This document shows positions 1 through 10,985 of a DNA stretch of 41,625 nt, piece after piece. The number at the start of each line of letters is the position of its first letter. The first letter of the stretch is position 1. A program made the position numbers and the translations under genes. The notes under the pieces were generated by a model. The model searched no databases and was not told the origin of the DNA. It saw only the letters and a list, made by a program, of their open reading frames with translations. The DNA is from a virus (taxonomy: Duplodnaviria > Heunggongvirae > Uroviricota > Caudoviricetes): the IMG/VR virus record IMGVR_UViG_2529293039_000011; one strand, given 5' to 3'.

Positions 1-1074
1 TCATTTGTCGATTTCAATTTTGTCCCATTCCCGTCCACGGCTGTCCCTATACCGCGCCGCCATTGAATCTGATTTATGCCCGAGAAGACGTTGAGCAAAC
101 TTATCGCCAATCTGGTTCCGGTATAGCCTCGCTGACAGGCTACGCAGTTCATGGAATGTTGGCGGGTTTCCATCAAATGAGAGGCCAGATGCATTTCTCG
201 CCTTTGTAAAATACTTTGATACTGTTTTCGGGGAAAGCGGATCGTGATGCTTTGATGCGATTATAGTTTCACTGCTGCTGGCCTCCCTGCATTTCTGTAG
301 TGTATCAGCCAATGAGATATTGAGCGCGTCAATCGTTAGCGTTAGCGGAATGGCGAGTTTAGCCCCTGTTTTACTCTGTTTAATGTGAAGATGGTTGTCG
401 TTTATGTCTGACCATTTCATTCTGCACAAATCGCCGACTCTCTGCCCTGTAACGACGGCCAAATCCATCGCCAGCCTTAGCCAGATAGGGAGAGGTTCGG
501 CTGCATGGTAAATCTCGACATACTCATTAGCTGTCAGCCTTGAGCGCCTTACTTCTGACTTTGCTGTACGGGTTGCTGTTACCGGATTCGTTGCCACATG
601 CCCCTCGGCTATTGCTTCACGAAAAACGTCAACAAGGGTTGACCTGATTAATTTTGCGGAAGCTGCTTTACCTTCTGCTACGTAGGTGTTTAGCATTGCT
701 GCCACTTCTTTCGTTGATATGTCAGTGAGCGGTTTGTCCGGCAATTTTCTTCGGATTGCCCTGATTTTGCTGGCGTAGTCGAGTAGAGTTTTCGGCCTGA
801 TCCCCCTTTCGGTGAGGATTGTTTCATATCGGTCAAGCCACACATGAAGAGTGATTGCGTCACCGCCTTTAATTCTGTCTATCAGTGATTTGCGTCCGCT
901 GTCTGAGAGTAACTCAATATTGGCCTGTATTGCTTCAGTGATTGCTATCCTCCTGTCTCGGCCTAATCCAAACTCTTTACCCGTCCTTGGGTCCCTGTAG
1001 CAGTAATATCCATTGTTTCTTATATAAAGGTTAGGGGGTAAATCCCGGCGCTCATGACTTCGCCTTCTTCCCAT
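1..1074 (-). CDS. int: Lambda-type tyrosine integrase (357 aa); its stop codon is the first three bases of the window
   Basis: Full-length ORF; protein MGRRRSHERRDLPPNLYIRNNGYYCYRDP... matches my recollection of lambda Int along its length, ending ...RGREWDKIEIDK. Confidence 0.95.
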   Translation of the reverse strand: MGRRRSHERRDLPPNLYIRNNGYYCYRDPRTGKEFGLGRDRRIAITEAIQANIELLSDSGRKSLIDRIKGGDAITLHVWLDRYETILTERGIRPKTLLDYASKIRAIRRKLPDKPLTDISTKEVAAMLNTYVAEGKAASAKLIRSTLVDVFREAIAEGHVATNPVTATRTAKSEVRRSRLTANEYVEIYHAAEPLPIWLRLAMDLAVVTGQRVGDLCRMKWSDINDNHLHIKQSKTGAKLAIPLTLTIDALNISLADTLQKCREASSSETIIASKHHDPLSPKTVSKYFTKARNASGLSFDGNPPTFHELRSLSARLYRNQIGDKFAQRLLGHKSDSMAARYRDSRGREWDKIEIDK

Positions 1075-1270
1075 TTCTGATCCTCTTCAAAAGGCTACCT
1101 GTTACTGGTCGATTTAAGTCAACCTTTACCGCTGATTCGTGGAACAGATACTCTCTTCCATCCTTAACCGGAGGAGGGAATATCCTGCACTCGCGTACCC
1201 ATCGACGAACTGTTTCAAGGCTTCTTGGGCGTCGCTGGCGTGCGTTCCACTCCTGAAGTGTCAAGTACAT
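1052..1270 (-). CDS. xis: Excisionase (72 aa), 3' end overlaps int start
   Basis: Protein MYLTLQEWNARQRRPRSLETVRRWVRECRIFPPPVKDGREYLFHESAVKVDLNRP... is essentially lambda Xis; int/xis overlap as in lambda. Confidence 0.93.
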   Translation of the reverse strand: MYLTLQEWNARQRRPRSLETVRRWVRECRIFPPPVKDGREYLFHESAVKVDLNRPVTGSLLKRIRNGKKAKS

Positions 1271-1292
1271 CGCAAAGTCTCCGCAATTACAC

Positions 1293-1320
1293 GCAAGAAA
1301 AAACCGCCATCAGGCGGCTT
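1293..1320 (-). terminator. Candidate intrinsic terminator downstream of the small ORF 1310..1477
   Basis: Minus-strand reading gives GCCGCC-TGAT-GGCGG hairpin followed by TTTTTTCTT. Confidence 0.35.
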
Positions 1321-1477
1321 GGTGTTCTTTCAGTTCTTCAATTCGAATATTGGTTACGTCTGCATGTGCTATCTGTGCCCATATCATCCAGTGGTCATAG
1401 CAGTCGTTGATGTTCTCTGCTTCGATAACTCTGTTGAATGGCTCTCCATTCCATTCACCTGTGACTCGGAAGTGCAT
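1310..1477 (-). CDS. Small hypothetical protein (55 aa), not in the ORF track (below size cutoff)
   Basis: ATG preceded by GGAG Shine-Dalgarno (GGAGATGATAAATG); translates to MHFRVTGEWNGEPFNRVIEAENINDCYDHWMIWAQIAHADVTNIRIEELKEHQAA; fills the xis-ea8.5 gap on the same strand. Confidence 0.45.
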   Translation of the reverse strand: MHFRVTGEWNGEPFNRVIEAENINDCYDHWMIWAQIAHADVTNIRIEELKEHQAA

Positions 1478-1565
1478 TTATCATCTCCATAAAACAAAAC
1501 TCGCCGTAGCGAGTTCAGATAAAATAAATCCCCGCGAGTGCGAGGATTGTTATGTAATATTGGGT

Positions 1566-1847
1566 TTAATCATCTATATGTTTTGTACAGAGAGGGCAAG
1601 TATCGTTTCCACCGTACTCGTGATAATAATTTTGCACGGTATCAGTCATTTCTCGCACATTGCAGAATGGGGATTTGTCTTCATTAGACTTATAAACCTT
1701 CATGGAATATTTGTATGCCGACTCTATATCTATACCTTCATCTACATAAACACCTTCGTGATGTCTGCATGGAGACAAGACACCGGATCTGCACAACATT
1801 GATAACGCCCAATCTTTTTGCTCAGACTCTAACTCATTGATACTCAT
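1566..1847 (-). CDS. Ea8.5-like early protein (93 aa)
   Basis: Protein MSINELESEQKDWALSMLCRSGVLSPCRHHEGVYVDEGID... matches my recollection of lambda Ea8.5; Cys/His-rich. Confidence 0.8.
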   Translation of the reverse strand: MSINELESEQKDWALSMLCRSGVLSPCRHHEGVYVDEGIDIESAYKYSMKVYKSNEDKSPFCNVREMTDTVQNYYHEYGGNDTCPLCTKHIDD

Positions 1848-2714
1848 TTATAAACTCCTTGCAATGTATGTCGTTTCAGCTAAACGGTATCAGCAATGTT
1901 TATGTAAAGAAACAGTAAGATAATACTCAACCCGATGTTTGAGTACGGCCATCATCTGACACTACAGACTCTGGCATCGCTGTGAAGACGACGCGAAATT
2001 CAGCATTTTCACAAGCGTTATCTTTTACAAACCCGTATTCCTGCTCATATCACTCTCCTTTGATGCGAATGCCAGCGGCGCGGATAGATTTCCATTGTTC
2101 CCATATGCGGTTGAAGTCTGTTCCTGATAAGGTCGCGTTACGGTATCCAGTTTCGGTGCGCAATCCTTCAAGCGTCGATTTGGAAATACAAATTGAATGC
2201 ATTACCCATGATTCGAACAAATCACGCTCCCGGGCTTCGCAACTTTGCTTACTCATCTCTTCGATACGTTCAGCCATCGCAGCACACTCTTCAAAGTTAC
2301 TTAATGCTTTTCGCTCCCATTCGGCGCATTGTTTTCCAAGCTCTGCAATCAGCTTGTCTTTGCCTTCCAGCTCAACTCGCAGCTTCCCTACCGTTAGCGC
2401 AATATCCTCGTTCTCCTGATCACGGCTTTTGATGTATTGCTGGTTTCTTTCCCGTTCATCCAGCAGCGCCAGCACGGTAGCTGGACTGGCTGCGGCGATG
2501 AATTCAGCATTGGCCTGCTGTTCCATTTGGAAATCTTCATCGAAACCGCTTTCAGGATGCGCTCCTTCAATTCTGCAAATGGGAATATATCCAGCAGCCT
2601 CGCGATGAATTAGCGCATCATCACAATCAAATCGGCTCTCTCCATATTCGAGCGACCATACACCACACGTTGCTTTTTCTGCCTTGGCACGCAGTGCCTC
2701 ATAGTCAATCTTGC

Positions 2715-5233
<2,519 letters not shown>

Positions 5234-5255
<22 letters not shown>

Positions 5256-5416
5256 ATCGCATTCAGATATTTGTTTTGATTCACTGACGGAGAAGAATTT
5301 CTCTTAAGCAATTCCTCTCTCGATGGCATTGGCTTTACGCGTTGGCGAATAATCATTTCTGCCGGAAGAATGCCGGGATTGTATGCAAGTCCTCTCATGG
5401 TAAATTCCTCAGTCAT
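5234..5416 (-). CDS. Possible small protein (60 aa), start overlapping the stop of the upstream gene
   Basis: ATG inside AATGACTGA overlap with preceding stop; fills the gap between 5409..5705 and 5255; no clear Shine-Dalgarno. Confidence 0.25.
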
Positions 5417-5705
5417 TACTGATAGCGCCATAGCGTGAGCGGTAATTACGCAGGCGCGGGTCGATATATTCAGGGAAGTGGGTATATGTGGCTTTGCGGA
5501 ATGGTCGGATTGATGTCTGGTAAATTCGCTCGCGTTCTTCTTTCTCTGCAAGCCATATACAGTGGCGAAATTCCTTTTCCTCTTTCGTTTCCTGCGGTAG
5601 AGACATTATTCGATCGTAGTTTTTTCTGAATTTATCCAGCACCTCCGATACGGAATTGCCGGAACAGCGGCGCGGGTCATCCGCACCATACAGAGGCGCT
5701 GGCAT
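5409..5705 (-). CDS. Hypothetical early protein (98 aa)
   Basis: Clean ORF directly downstream of ssb on the same strand, charged composition; no family recognised. Confidence 0.5.
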   Translation of the reverse strand: MPAPLYGADDPRRCSGNSVSEVLDKFRKNYDRIMSLPQETKEEKEFRHCIWLAEKEERERIYQTSIRPFRKATYTHFPEYIDPRLRNYRSRYGAISND

Positions 5706-5718
5706 GATTTTCTCCTGA

Positions 5719-6225
5719 TTAAATTGCGTGAATAGCGTGACGAGGGAAGGGGAGAGTTACTGGTGCAAAGGGTATATCGTCGTCAAAATCCATCGGAGGT
5801 TCGTTGTGTTGTGCTGGTGATGATTGCTGCTGTGGCTTCTGTGATTGCCTGCTGGCTGCTTGTTGTTTGCTGTCGCCAATGCCGCCAAGCATTTGCATCA
5901 CGCCATTAATTCCGACATGAACCTCGGTTGTGTAACGGTCTTGCCCTGACTGGTCTTTCCACTTTCTGGTTCTCAGCATTCCCTCGAAATAAATCTGATC
6001 ACCTTTTTTCACATACTGCCCCACGACCTCAGCCAGTTTCCCGGATACAGCAACACGATGCCATTCAGTCAATTCCTTTTGCTCGCCAGTATTTTTATCT
6101 CGCCATTGTTCTGACGTGGCTATTGTCAGGTTAGCGAACGCTGTTCCTGATGGTGAGTATCGAACTTCCGGGTCTTGTCCTACCCGACCAAGGATAATCA
6201 CCTTATTTACGCCTCTGCTTGCCAT
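5719..6225 (-). CDS. ssb: Single-stranded DNA-binding protein (168 aa) with unusual 15-aa extension after the DDDIPF tip
   Basis: OB-fold N-terminus [44 protein letters not shown]..., Gln/Pro-rich linker and [11 protein letters not shown] motif; ORF continues [15 protein letters not shown]. Confidence 0.9.
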   Translation of the reverse strand: MASRGVNKVIILGRVGQDPEVRYSPSGTAFANLTIATSEQWRDKNTGEQKELTEWHRVAVSGKLAEVVGQYVKKGDQIYFEGMLRTRKWKDQSGQDRYTTEVHVGINGVMQMLGGIGDSKQQAASRQSQKPQQQSSPAQHNEPPMDFDDDIPFAPVTLPFPRHAIHAI

Positions 6226-6933
6226 TTATGCTGCCTGTTTTAGTTCGTTAACTCTGATGTTCATTACCTGAACACATTTAGCCTGCGCCTCCTCGTTGCC
6301 AGCCATTAATTGCCAGTCACGCTGATAACGCTCGATGAGTTTTTTCTTGTCAGTTTCTGTCGCTGCATAATCGCTGAAGTCTTTCAGGATTTGTTCGCAG
6401 TCAACCGATGGAGATTTCTGGTTGGTATTTTCTGGTGATGGTTTGTTATCTGATGCTGGGATTGCCCATCCCGGCAGTGATGGAGGTAGCCAGTAAAATC
6501 CTGTTCCATCCTTCAGTTTTGCCCTGTGCCACCCCTGCTTTTTATCGAGAGATGTTTGTGCGAAACCTTCCTCAAGGTTATACAGATACCGACCGATTCC
6601 CCACTGAACGGCAGCGCGCTTCATTGCACCGGAACGACCGCCTTTGACAGCTTCTACCTGCGTGTTTTCAGCAGCATCCCATTTGGTTACCCATTCGGAA
6701 TCAATCCTGATTGATATGCCGCATTCAACGCCGCCGTTGTTGGGAATATCGCGGTATTCATTGCGCCATCCTGCTTTGCCGCAAACATCGTCCAGACGTT
6801 TCATGATTGCCCGGTTCGTGACATAAGCCAGCACCATAGCCCACACCTTGCCATCGCGTGTTTTACCGCTTTGCTGTATTCGCCATTCGATATCTTCAGG
6901 GCTGAATGGCTCATCGAATTTGTTCAAATCCAT
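6226..6933 (-). CDS. Rad52/Rad22-family single-strand annealing protein (235 aa)
   Basis: Conserved blocks KVWAMVLAYVTNRAIMKRLDDVCGKAGW and MKRAAVQWGIGRYLY typical of phage Rad52-like annealases; occupies the exo/bet slot. Confidence 0.75.
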   Translation of the reverse strand: MDLNKFDEPFSPEDIEWRIQQSGKTRDGKVWAMVLAYVTNRAIMKRLDDVCGKAGWRNEYRDIPNNGGVECGISIRIDSEWVTKWDAAENTQVEAVKGGRSGAMKRAAVQWGIGRYLYNLEEGFAQTSLDKKQGWHRAKLKDGTGFYWLPPSLPGWAIPASDNKPSPENTNQKSPSVDCEQILKDFSDYAATETDKKKLIERYQRDWQLMAGNEEAQAKCVQVMNIRVNELKQAA

Positions 6934-7032
6934 AATTCACCTCAGAATGGACACGGCCCAAGGAAATAACGCTGATTTAATACTTCGACTCGGGACAAAT
7001 TAAGGCATACCCGCATTCCTTCGCGGTCGCCA

Positions 7033-7191
7033 TTATGGCGATACCAGAGAGCTTTCTGCGTGTACATGCGTCTCTGTAACTTGCTCTCCTTTACTGTGGT
7101 TGCAAGTGACATGAATATCTCCTTCGTTACCGATTAATTCTTTCATCTGACGAATGAATTCTTCGTCTGAGCAGTTATCTGTAAAACTCAT
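7033..7191 (-). CDS. Small hypothetical protein (52 aa) in the gam position, coupled to kil
   Basis: ATG overlaps kil stop (ATGA); translates MSFTDNCSDEEFIRQMKELIGNEGDIHVTCNHSKGEQVTETHVHAESSLVSP; an alternative overlapping 56-aa frame 6943..7112 with a GGAG site also exists. Confidence 0.35.
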   Translation of the reverse strand: MSFTDNCSDEEFIRQMKELIGNEGDIHVTCNHSKGEQVTETHVHAESSLVSP

Positions 7192-7339
7192 TTCCTGCGA
7201 TACCACGGAAGGTTGATAGCTGATTTCATCGCTTTATTTGCTTCAAGCCACATTTTGGAATCACCAATAAATCTGGCTATTACTGCTTTGTTCTGTGCAG
7301 CACGAAGCATCTGGTGATTGATGGCTATTTCATTGCGCA
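7188..7339 (-). CDS. kil: Kil-like host-killing protein (50 aa)
   Basis: Translates MRNEIAINHQMLRAAQNKAVIARFIGDSKMWLEANKAMKSAINLPWYRRK; the IARFIGDSKMWLEA block resembles lambda Kil IATFIGDEKMFREA; below track size cutoff. Confidence 0.55.
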
Positions 7340-7459
7340 TAACGCCTCCAGTTGTTTCTTTGCTGCTCTGATTAATTGTTTAACTCGGCGTGATAATTCA
7401 GATTCGTGCGGGTAGAAAGCGGACATGACGCCGCTACCCGCGAGCTGAAAGTGCATCAT
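7325..7459 (-). CDS. cIII: cIII-like protein (about 45 aa); the track ORF 7325..7534 extends further upstream
   Basis: Start chosen at ATGATG preceded by AAGGAG; MMHFQLAGSGVMSAFYPHESELSRRVKQLIRAAKK resembles lambda cIII in its AG..GV...ESxL..R pattern. Confidence 0.55.
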   Translation of the reverse strand: MMHFQLAGSGVMSAFYPHESELSRRVKQLIRAAKKQLEALCAMK

Positions 7460-7534
7460 GGGTAACTCCTTATATTTGATTGCATAACGAAAACGCCTCG
7501 AGTGAAGCGTTATTGGTATGCGGTAAAGCCGCAC

Positions 7535-7903
7535 TCAGGCGGCCTTGATAGTCATATCATCTGAATCAAATATTCCTGATGTATCGATATCGGTAATTCT
7601 TATTCCTTCACTACCATCCATTGGAGGCCATCCTTCCTGACCATTTCCATCATCCCAGTCGAACTCACAAACAACACCATATGCATTTAAGTCTTTCGAA
7701 ATTGCTATAAGCAGAGCATGTTGCGCCAGCATGATTAATACAGCATTTAATACAGAGCCGTGTTTATTGAGTCGGTATTCAGAGTCTGACCAGAAATTAT
7801 TAATCTGGTGAAGTTTTTCCTCTGTCATTACGTCATGGTCGATTTCAATTTCTATTGATGCTTTCCAGTCGTAATCAATGATGTATTTTTTGATGTTTGA
7901 CAT
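7535..7903 (-). CDS. Ea10-like early protein (122 aa)
   Basis: Protein MSNIKKYIIDYDWKASIEIEIDHDVMTEEKLHQINNFWSDSEYRLNKHGSVLNAVL... matches my recollection of lambda Ea10. Confidence 0.85.
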   Translation of the reverse strand: MSNIKKYIIDYDWKASIEIEIDHDVMTEEKLHQINNFWSDSEYRLNKHGSVLNAVLIMLAQHALLIAISKDLNAYGVVCEFDWDDGNGQEGWPPMDGSEGIRITDIDTSGIFDSDDMTIKAA

Positions 7904-7921
7904 CTATTCATATCCTCATAG

Positions 7922-7950
7922 ATAAAAAATCGCCCTCACATTAGAGGGCA
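7922..7950 (-). terminator. Candidate intrinsic terminator downstream of the 156-aa gene in the pL operon
   Basis: Minus-strand hairpin GCCCTC-TAATGT-GAGGGC followed by GATTTTTTATC. Confidence 0.4.
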
Positions 7951-8053
7951 AAGAAGATTTCCAATAATCAGAACAAGTCGGCTCCTGTTTAGTTACGAGC
8001 GACATTGCTCCGTGTATTCACTCGTTGGAATGAATACACAGTGCTTATTCGTA

Positions 8054-8524
8054 CTAATAAAACACCCAATTTTCTGTTTCTTGGTTGTGTCCAAAGTTAT
8101 ATTCAATATCTGGTGTTGATGTATCAATATTCTTCATCCCATCAACAAGAGTTGATACAACAGCCAAATCTTGTTTGATTCTCATCAAATGGTATTTCTT
8201 TCGGCGCAATAAACTTTCAATGGCAAGTTTCTTCGTCGGGAATGCAAAAGATCTTTCTGCATTTTTTGCTACTTTCTTAATTGCATATCTATTTCTCCTT
8301 TGTTTCCATTCCTGTAACCACTGATTTGGTGCTGGTTTAAAATTAACAATCCAATGCGCAGGAACCAACCATGCATAATGCTCTGTCTGATGAAAAGCTA
8401 TATATTGAAGTGCGAATATTTTGATCCCATCTTCTTCAACTGTCGCCTGGAATCTCCAGAAAACAGGCATTCCATCATGTTCAGTTTCTGATTCAGGAAA
8501 AGGTACGCTCCATGATTTTGTCAT
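8054..8524 (-). CDS. Hypothetical protein (156 aa) in the ral/sieB slot between N and ea10
   Basis: Clean ORF with GAGGTG site upstream of the ATG; soluble, basic, Trp-rich; no family recognised. Confidence 0.6.
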   Translation of the reverse strand: MTKSWSVPFPESETEHDGMPVFWRFQATVEEDGIKIFALQYIAFHQTEHYAWLVPAHWIVNFKPAPNQWLQEWKQRRNRYAIKKVAKNAERSFAFPTKKLAIESLLRRKKYHLMRIKQDLAVVSTLVDGMKNIDTSTPDIEYNFGHNQETENWVFY

Positions 8525-8582
8525 ATCTCACCTCAAATAAGTGGTTTGCTGCCTAATTTCATTTTCTGGCGACCAACACAAG

Positions 8583-8855
8583 TCATCTTGCTGTCAGTTG
8601 TTTGGATTTCCGGTAGCCTGCCGCGTAAAGAGCTACGTTCGGAAGACAAGTTGAGCCTTCATATTTTCTGGTCAACGTTGTCAGTGTTATTACTTCTGCT
8701 CTCATTGCTGGTTTGCGCTTGCATTGCAAGACCACTCGAGAGGGGGTTGGTCTGTGTAGCTTGTCGGAGCTAATCGCCTCCTGACTTTGCAGGTTTGCGC
8801 GACGAGCTCTACGACGAGAAGCTGAGGTGCCTTTAAATTCTGTTTTTCTGGACAT
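8583..8855 (-). CDS. N: N-like transcription antitermination protein (about 90 aa); the track ORF extends upstream to 8939
   Basis: Start chosen at ATG preceded by GGGAGG; N-terminal arginine-rich motif MSRKTEFKGTSASRRRARRANLQ typical of N proteins; position downstream of nutL and pL. Confidence 0.65.
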   Translation of the reverse strand: MSRKTEFKGTSASRRRARRANLQSQEAISSDKLHRPTPSRVVLQCKRKPAMRAEVITLTTLTRKYEGSTCLPNVALYAAGYRKSKQLTAR

Positions 8856-8953
8856 AGATTCCTCCCGAATAAACTTTGGTGATGCAATCTCGAAGCTCCT
8901 CCTGAGACGGTTGCTTCGGCATTGCATCCCACAGCTCATGTGGTTGGGTGATC

Positions 8954-9000
8954 TGGCTTTTCAGCCACGTAGTCGAGAGTTCGACGTTGTTTAAAGAGCC
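8954..9000 (-). promoter_or_regulatory. nutL: boxA-like GGCTCTTTAAACAACG and boxB hairpin TGGC-TGAAAA-GCCA on the leftward transcript
   Basis: Near-duplicate of nutR at 11211..11256, with a compensatory base-pair swap in the boxB stem. Confidence 0.5.
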
Positions 9001-9029
9001 TGCCAGTCTGTTCCGTTTGGCTTCCAGCG

Positions 9030-9200
9030 TCCTGCTGACGGTTAAATAGTACGATATGTACTTTATTGGGTTAATACTATTTGTTCTAAAATAGGGTGAT
9101 TTTTTATAACACTTTGTATTTAATAGTGTTGTTTTTTAGCGTGGGTGTATCGCCTCGGCGATGTAAGGAGAGATCAGAATTGCGTGGTTTAGTGAGTTGT
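9030..9200 (-). promoter_or_regulatory. OL/pL region; palindrome AGTACGATATGTACT at 9048..9062 as candidate cI operator
   Basis: Palindrome shares the TACATAT/GTAC core with the OR candidate near 10948; lies between the immunity terminator and nutL; AT-rich. Confidence 0.35.
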
Positions 9201-9202
9201 AT

Positions 9203-10135
9203 CTATTTATTTTTCAATAAATACATTTGGTTATGTGTCTTTAGGTGGGGGCGTGAGGCAAAGAAAACCCGGCGCTGAGGCCGGGGTATGCATTTATGGT
9301 TTTTTTGGTCGTGCTTTGCTAGGGCTTTATGAGTTTTCTTAATGCTGCTTCTAACTTTCTGAATTTTTTCTTGGGAAAGTTTTATGTTTTCAGGGGCTGT
9401 TCCAGTGTTAGAAATCATTACATTGCGAACAGATCTCCCTACGGTCTCAGCAGCATTCTCTAGTTGAGACTGTCCCTTCAGGTTCTGGTTTCTGATTCTT
9501 GCTTCTGTCTGTGTAATTCTGAATATATTGGCCGCGAGCTCTTCGCTTCCCATGAAGTCAAGCATCGTTCCATCTTTTTTAGTTAGGCCTTTTCGAGCTT
9601 TCAACTGTGAGAGATTCATATTGTACATCCCACGGTAGCCCGCATTTTGAAATAGACCATAGTCGACTACTCCGTGTTTATGGGCTACATGACTGAGAGT
9701 TTTCTCTCTAGATGTAATCTCGCCACGCAAATAAACTCGATTAACTGCGTCATGGTTATGATATGTAGTGTGTATTTCTGCTGCGAGCCCAGCAAAATAA
9801 GCTTGTGCATTTGCAACTTTTTGATTGCTGATGTCACCATTCATTACAATCAGATAACAAGCGAAACGAGTTAATTTAAAGTCATTTTTCGCATTTTCTG
9901 AAGGCATCTGGATGAAGTTATCGTATACAGGGATATCGAGGCTCACACATACAGATGTAGCTTTGTTAATGGCTTTCAATATCTGATCCATGCCATTATA
10001 TCCAAGCATCATCGCTAAATCAGATGCAAACCAATAGGTAACACCGTTTTCTCTAGCGAAATCATCAAATGTTAACTGTGATGTGTCATCGAAAACAGTA
10101 ATTTGCCTACTCATATCACACCCGAACTTACTCAT
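9203..10135 (-). CDS. Hypothetical protein (310 aa) in the rexAB position, with a weak Bro-N/KilA-N-like N-terminal signature
   Basis: ATG preceded by AAGGGA; motif VTYWFASDLAMMLGY resembles the Bro-N W-F-x-A-x-D-x-x-x-x-L-G-Y signature; immediately downstream of cI on the same strand. Confidence 0.6.
   Translation of the reverse strand: MSKFGCDMSRQITVFDDTSQLTFDDFARENGVTYWFASDLAMMLGYNGMDQILKAINKATSVCVSLDIPVYDNFIQMPSENAKNDFKLTRFACYLIVMNGDISNQKVANAQAYFAGLAAEIHTTYHNHDAVNRVYLRGEITSREKTLSHVAHKHGVVDYGLFQNAGYRGMYNMNLSQLKARKGLTKKDGTMLDFMGSEELAANIFRITQTEARIRNQNLKGQSQLENAAETVGRSVRNVMISNTGTAPENIKLSQEKIQKVRSSIKKTHKALAKHDQKNHKCIPRPQRRVFFASRPHLKTHNQMYLLKNK
9259..9285 (-). terminator. Candidate intrinsic terminator of the cI-side immunity transcript, embedded in the last codons of the 310-aa ORF
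   Basis: Minus-strand hairpin CCCGGC-CTCAGC-GCCGGG followed by TTTTCTTTG; T-run also on the plus side. Confidence 0.45.
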
Positions 10136-10215
10136 CGATTTTCCCTTATATTAATATAATGTGGATAGTTTGTCGCCAACTCGCTAAAGTTATTCATTAT
10201 GAGGTTTGCCATCCA

Positions 10216-10875
10216 TCACCCAAACGTCTCTTCAGGCCACTGACTAGCGATAACTTTCCCCACAACGGAACAACTCTCATTGCATGGGATCATTGGGTAT
10301 TGTGGATTTAGTGGCTGTAGAAACACCTGACCGCTATCCCTGATCAGTTTCTTGAAGGTAAATTCATCACCACCAAGTCTGGCTATGCAGAAATCGCCGG
10401 GCTCAACAGCTTGCTCTGGGTCAACCAGAATTAACATCCCGTCAGGAAAACTAGGTTTGGAACCTGTTGGGGCGGTCATTGAGTTACCTTCAACCTCAAG
10501 CCAGAATGCAGAGTCACTGGCTTTTTTGGTTGTGCTTACCAATCTCTCCGCATCGCCTTTGGTAAAGGTTCTGAGTTCTGGAGAGAACATCCCAGCCTGA
10601 ACATGAGAAAAAACAGGGTACTCATATTGTTTTTTAACTGGGGCCGATGAGTATTCGCCAACAGGTGAAAATGTCCCGTCGTGGTTGAATGATATGTTAT
10701 CAATACCAAGGTATTTAAACACCACACCAATATCACTAAGAGATGGATGACGAGATCCGCGCAACCAGTGTCCAATCCCACCCTGCGTCATACCTAGCTC
10801 TTCGGCTAACTTCTCTTGAGTTATGCCGAGCTCTTTCATTCTGGATCTAGCCAGTTCATACCATTTCATTTTCAT
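10216..10875 (-). CDS. cI: cI-type repressor with LexA-like S24 autocleavage domain (about 220 aa; the track ORF extends to 11037)
   Basis: N-terminal HTH ([28 protein letters not shown]), C-terminal S24 domain with GNSM serine and FKKL lysine; start at MKMKW by position; divergent from cro. Confidence 0.85.
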   Translation of the reverse strand: MKMKWYELARSRMKELGITQEKLAEELGMTQGGIGHWLRGSRHPSLSDIGVVFKYLGIDNISFNHDGTFSPVGEYSSAPVKKQYEYPVFSHVQAGMFSPELRTFTKGDAERLVSTTKKASDSAFWLEVEGNSMTAPTGSKPSFPDGMLILVDPEQAVEPGDFCIARLGGDEFTFKKLIRDSGQVFLQPLNPQYPMIPCNESCSVVGKVIASQWPEETFG

Positions 10876-10985
10876 GTCCTTATTATTACGCTCTGTATTG
10901 CAACCATCCATGCACAATGTGTATTTTTGCTTGCATTCAAAAAGTACATATTGTATTTTTTCTTCATGGTTACTATGGAGGGCAT
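10876..10985. promoter_or_regulatory. OR / pRM / pR region between cI and cro
   Basis: Candidate operators GTACATATTGTAT and CACAATGTGTA; candidate pR is TTGCAT, 17-bp spacer, TATTTT, upstream of cro. Confidence 0.45.

Noticed and set aside
1139-1802. Plus-strand ORFs of 117, 61 and 131 aa across xis, the 55-aa ORF and ea8.5
   Set aside because: Antisense to recognisable lambda-type genes; Cys/His-rich composition without a start signal.
10352-10781. Plus- and minus-strand ORFs of about 80 aa nested in cI
   Set aside because: Nested within or antisense to the well-supported repressor gene; no independent signals.
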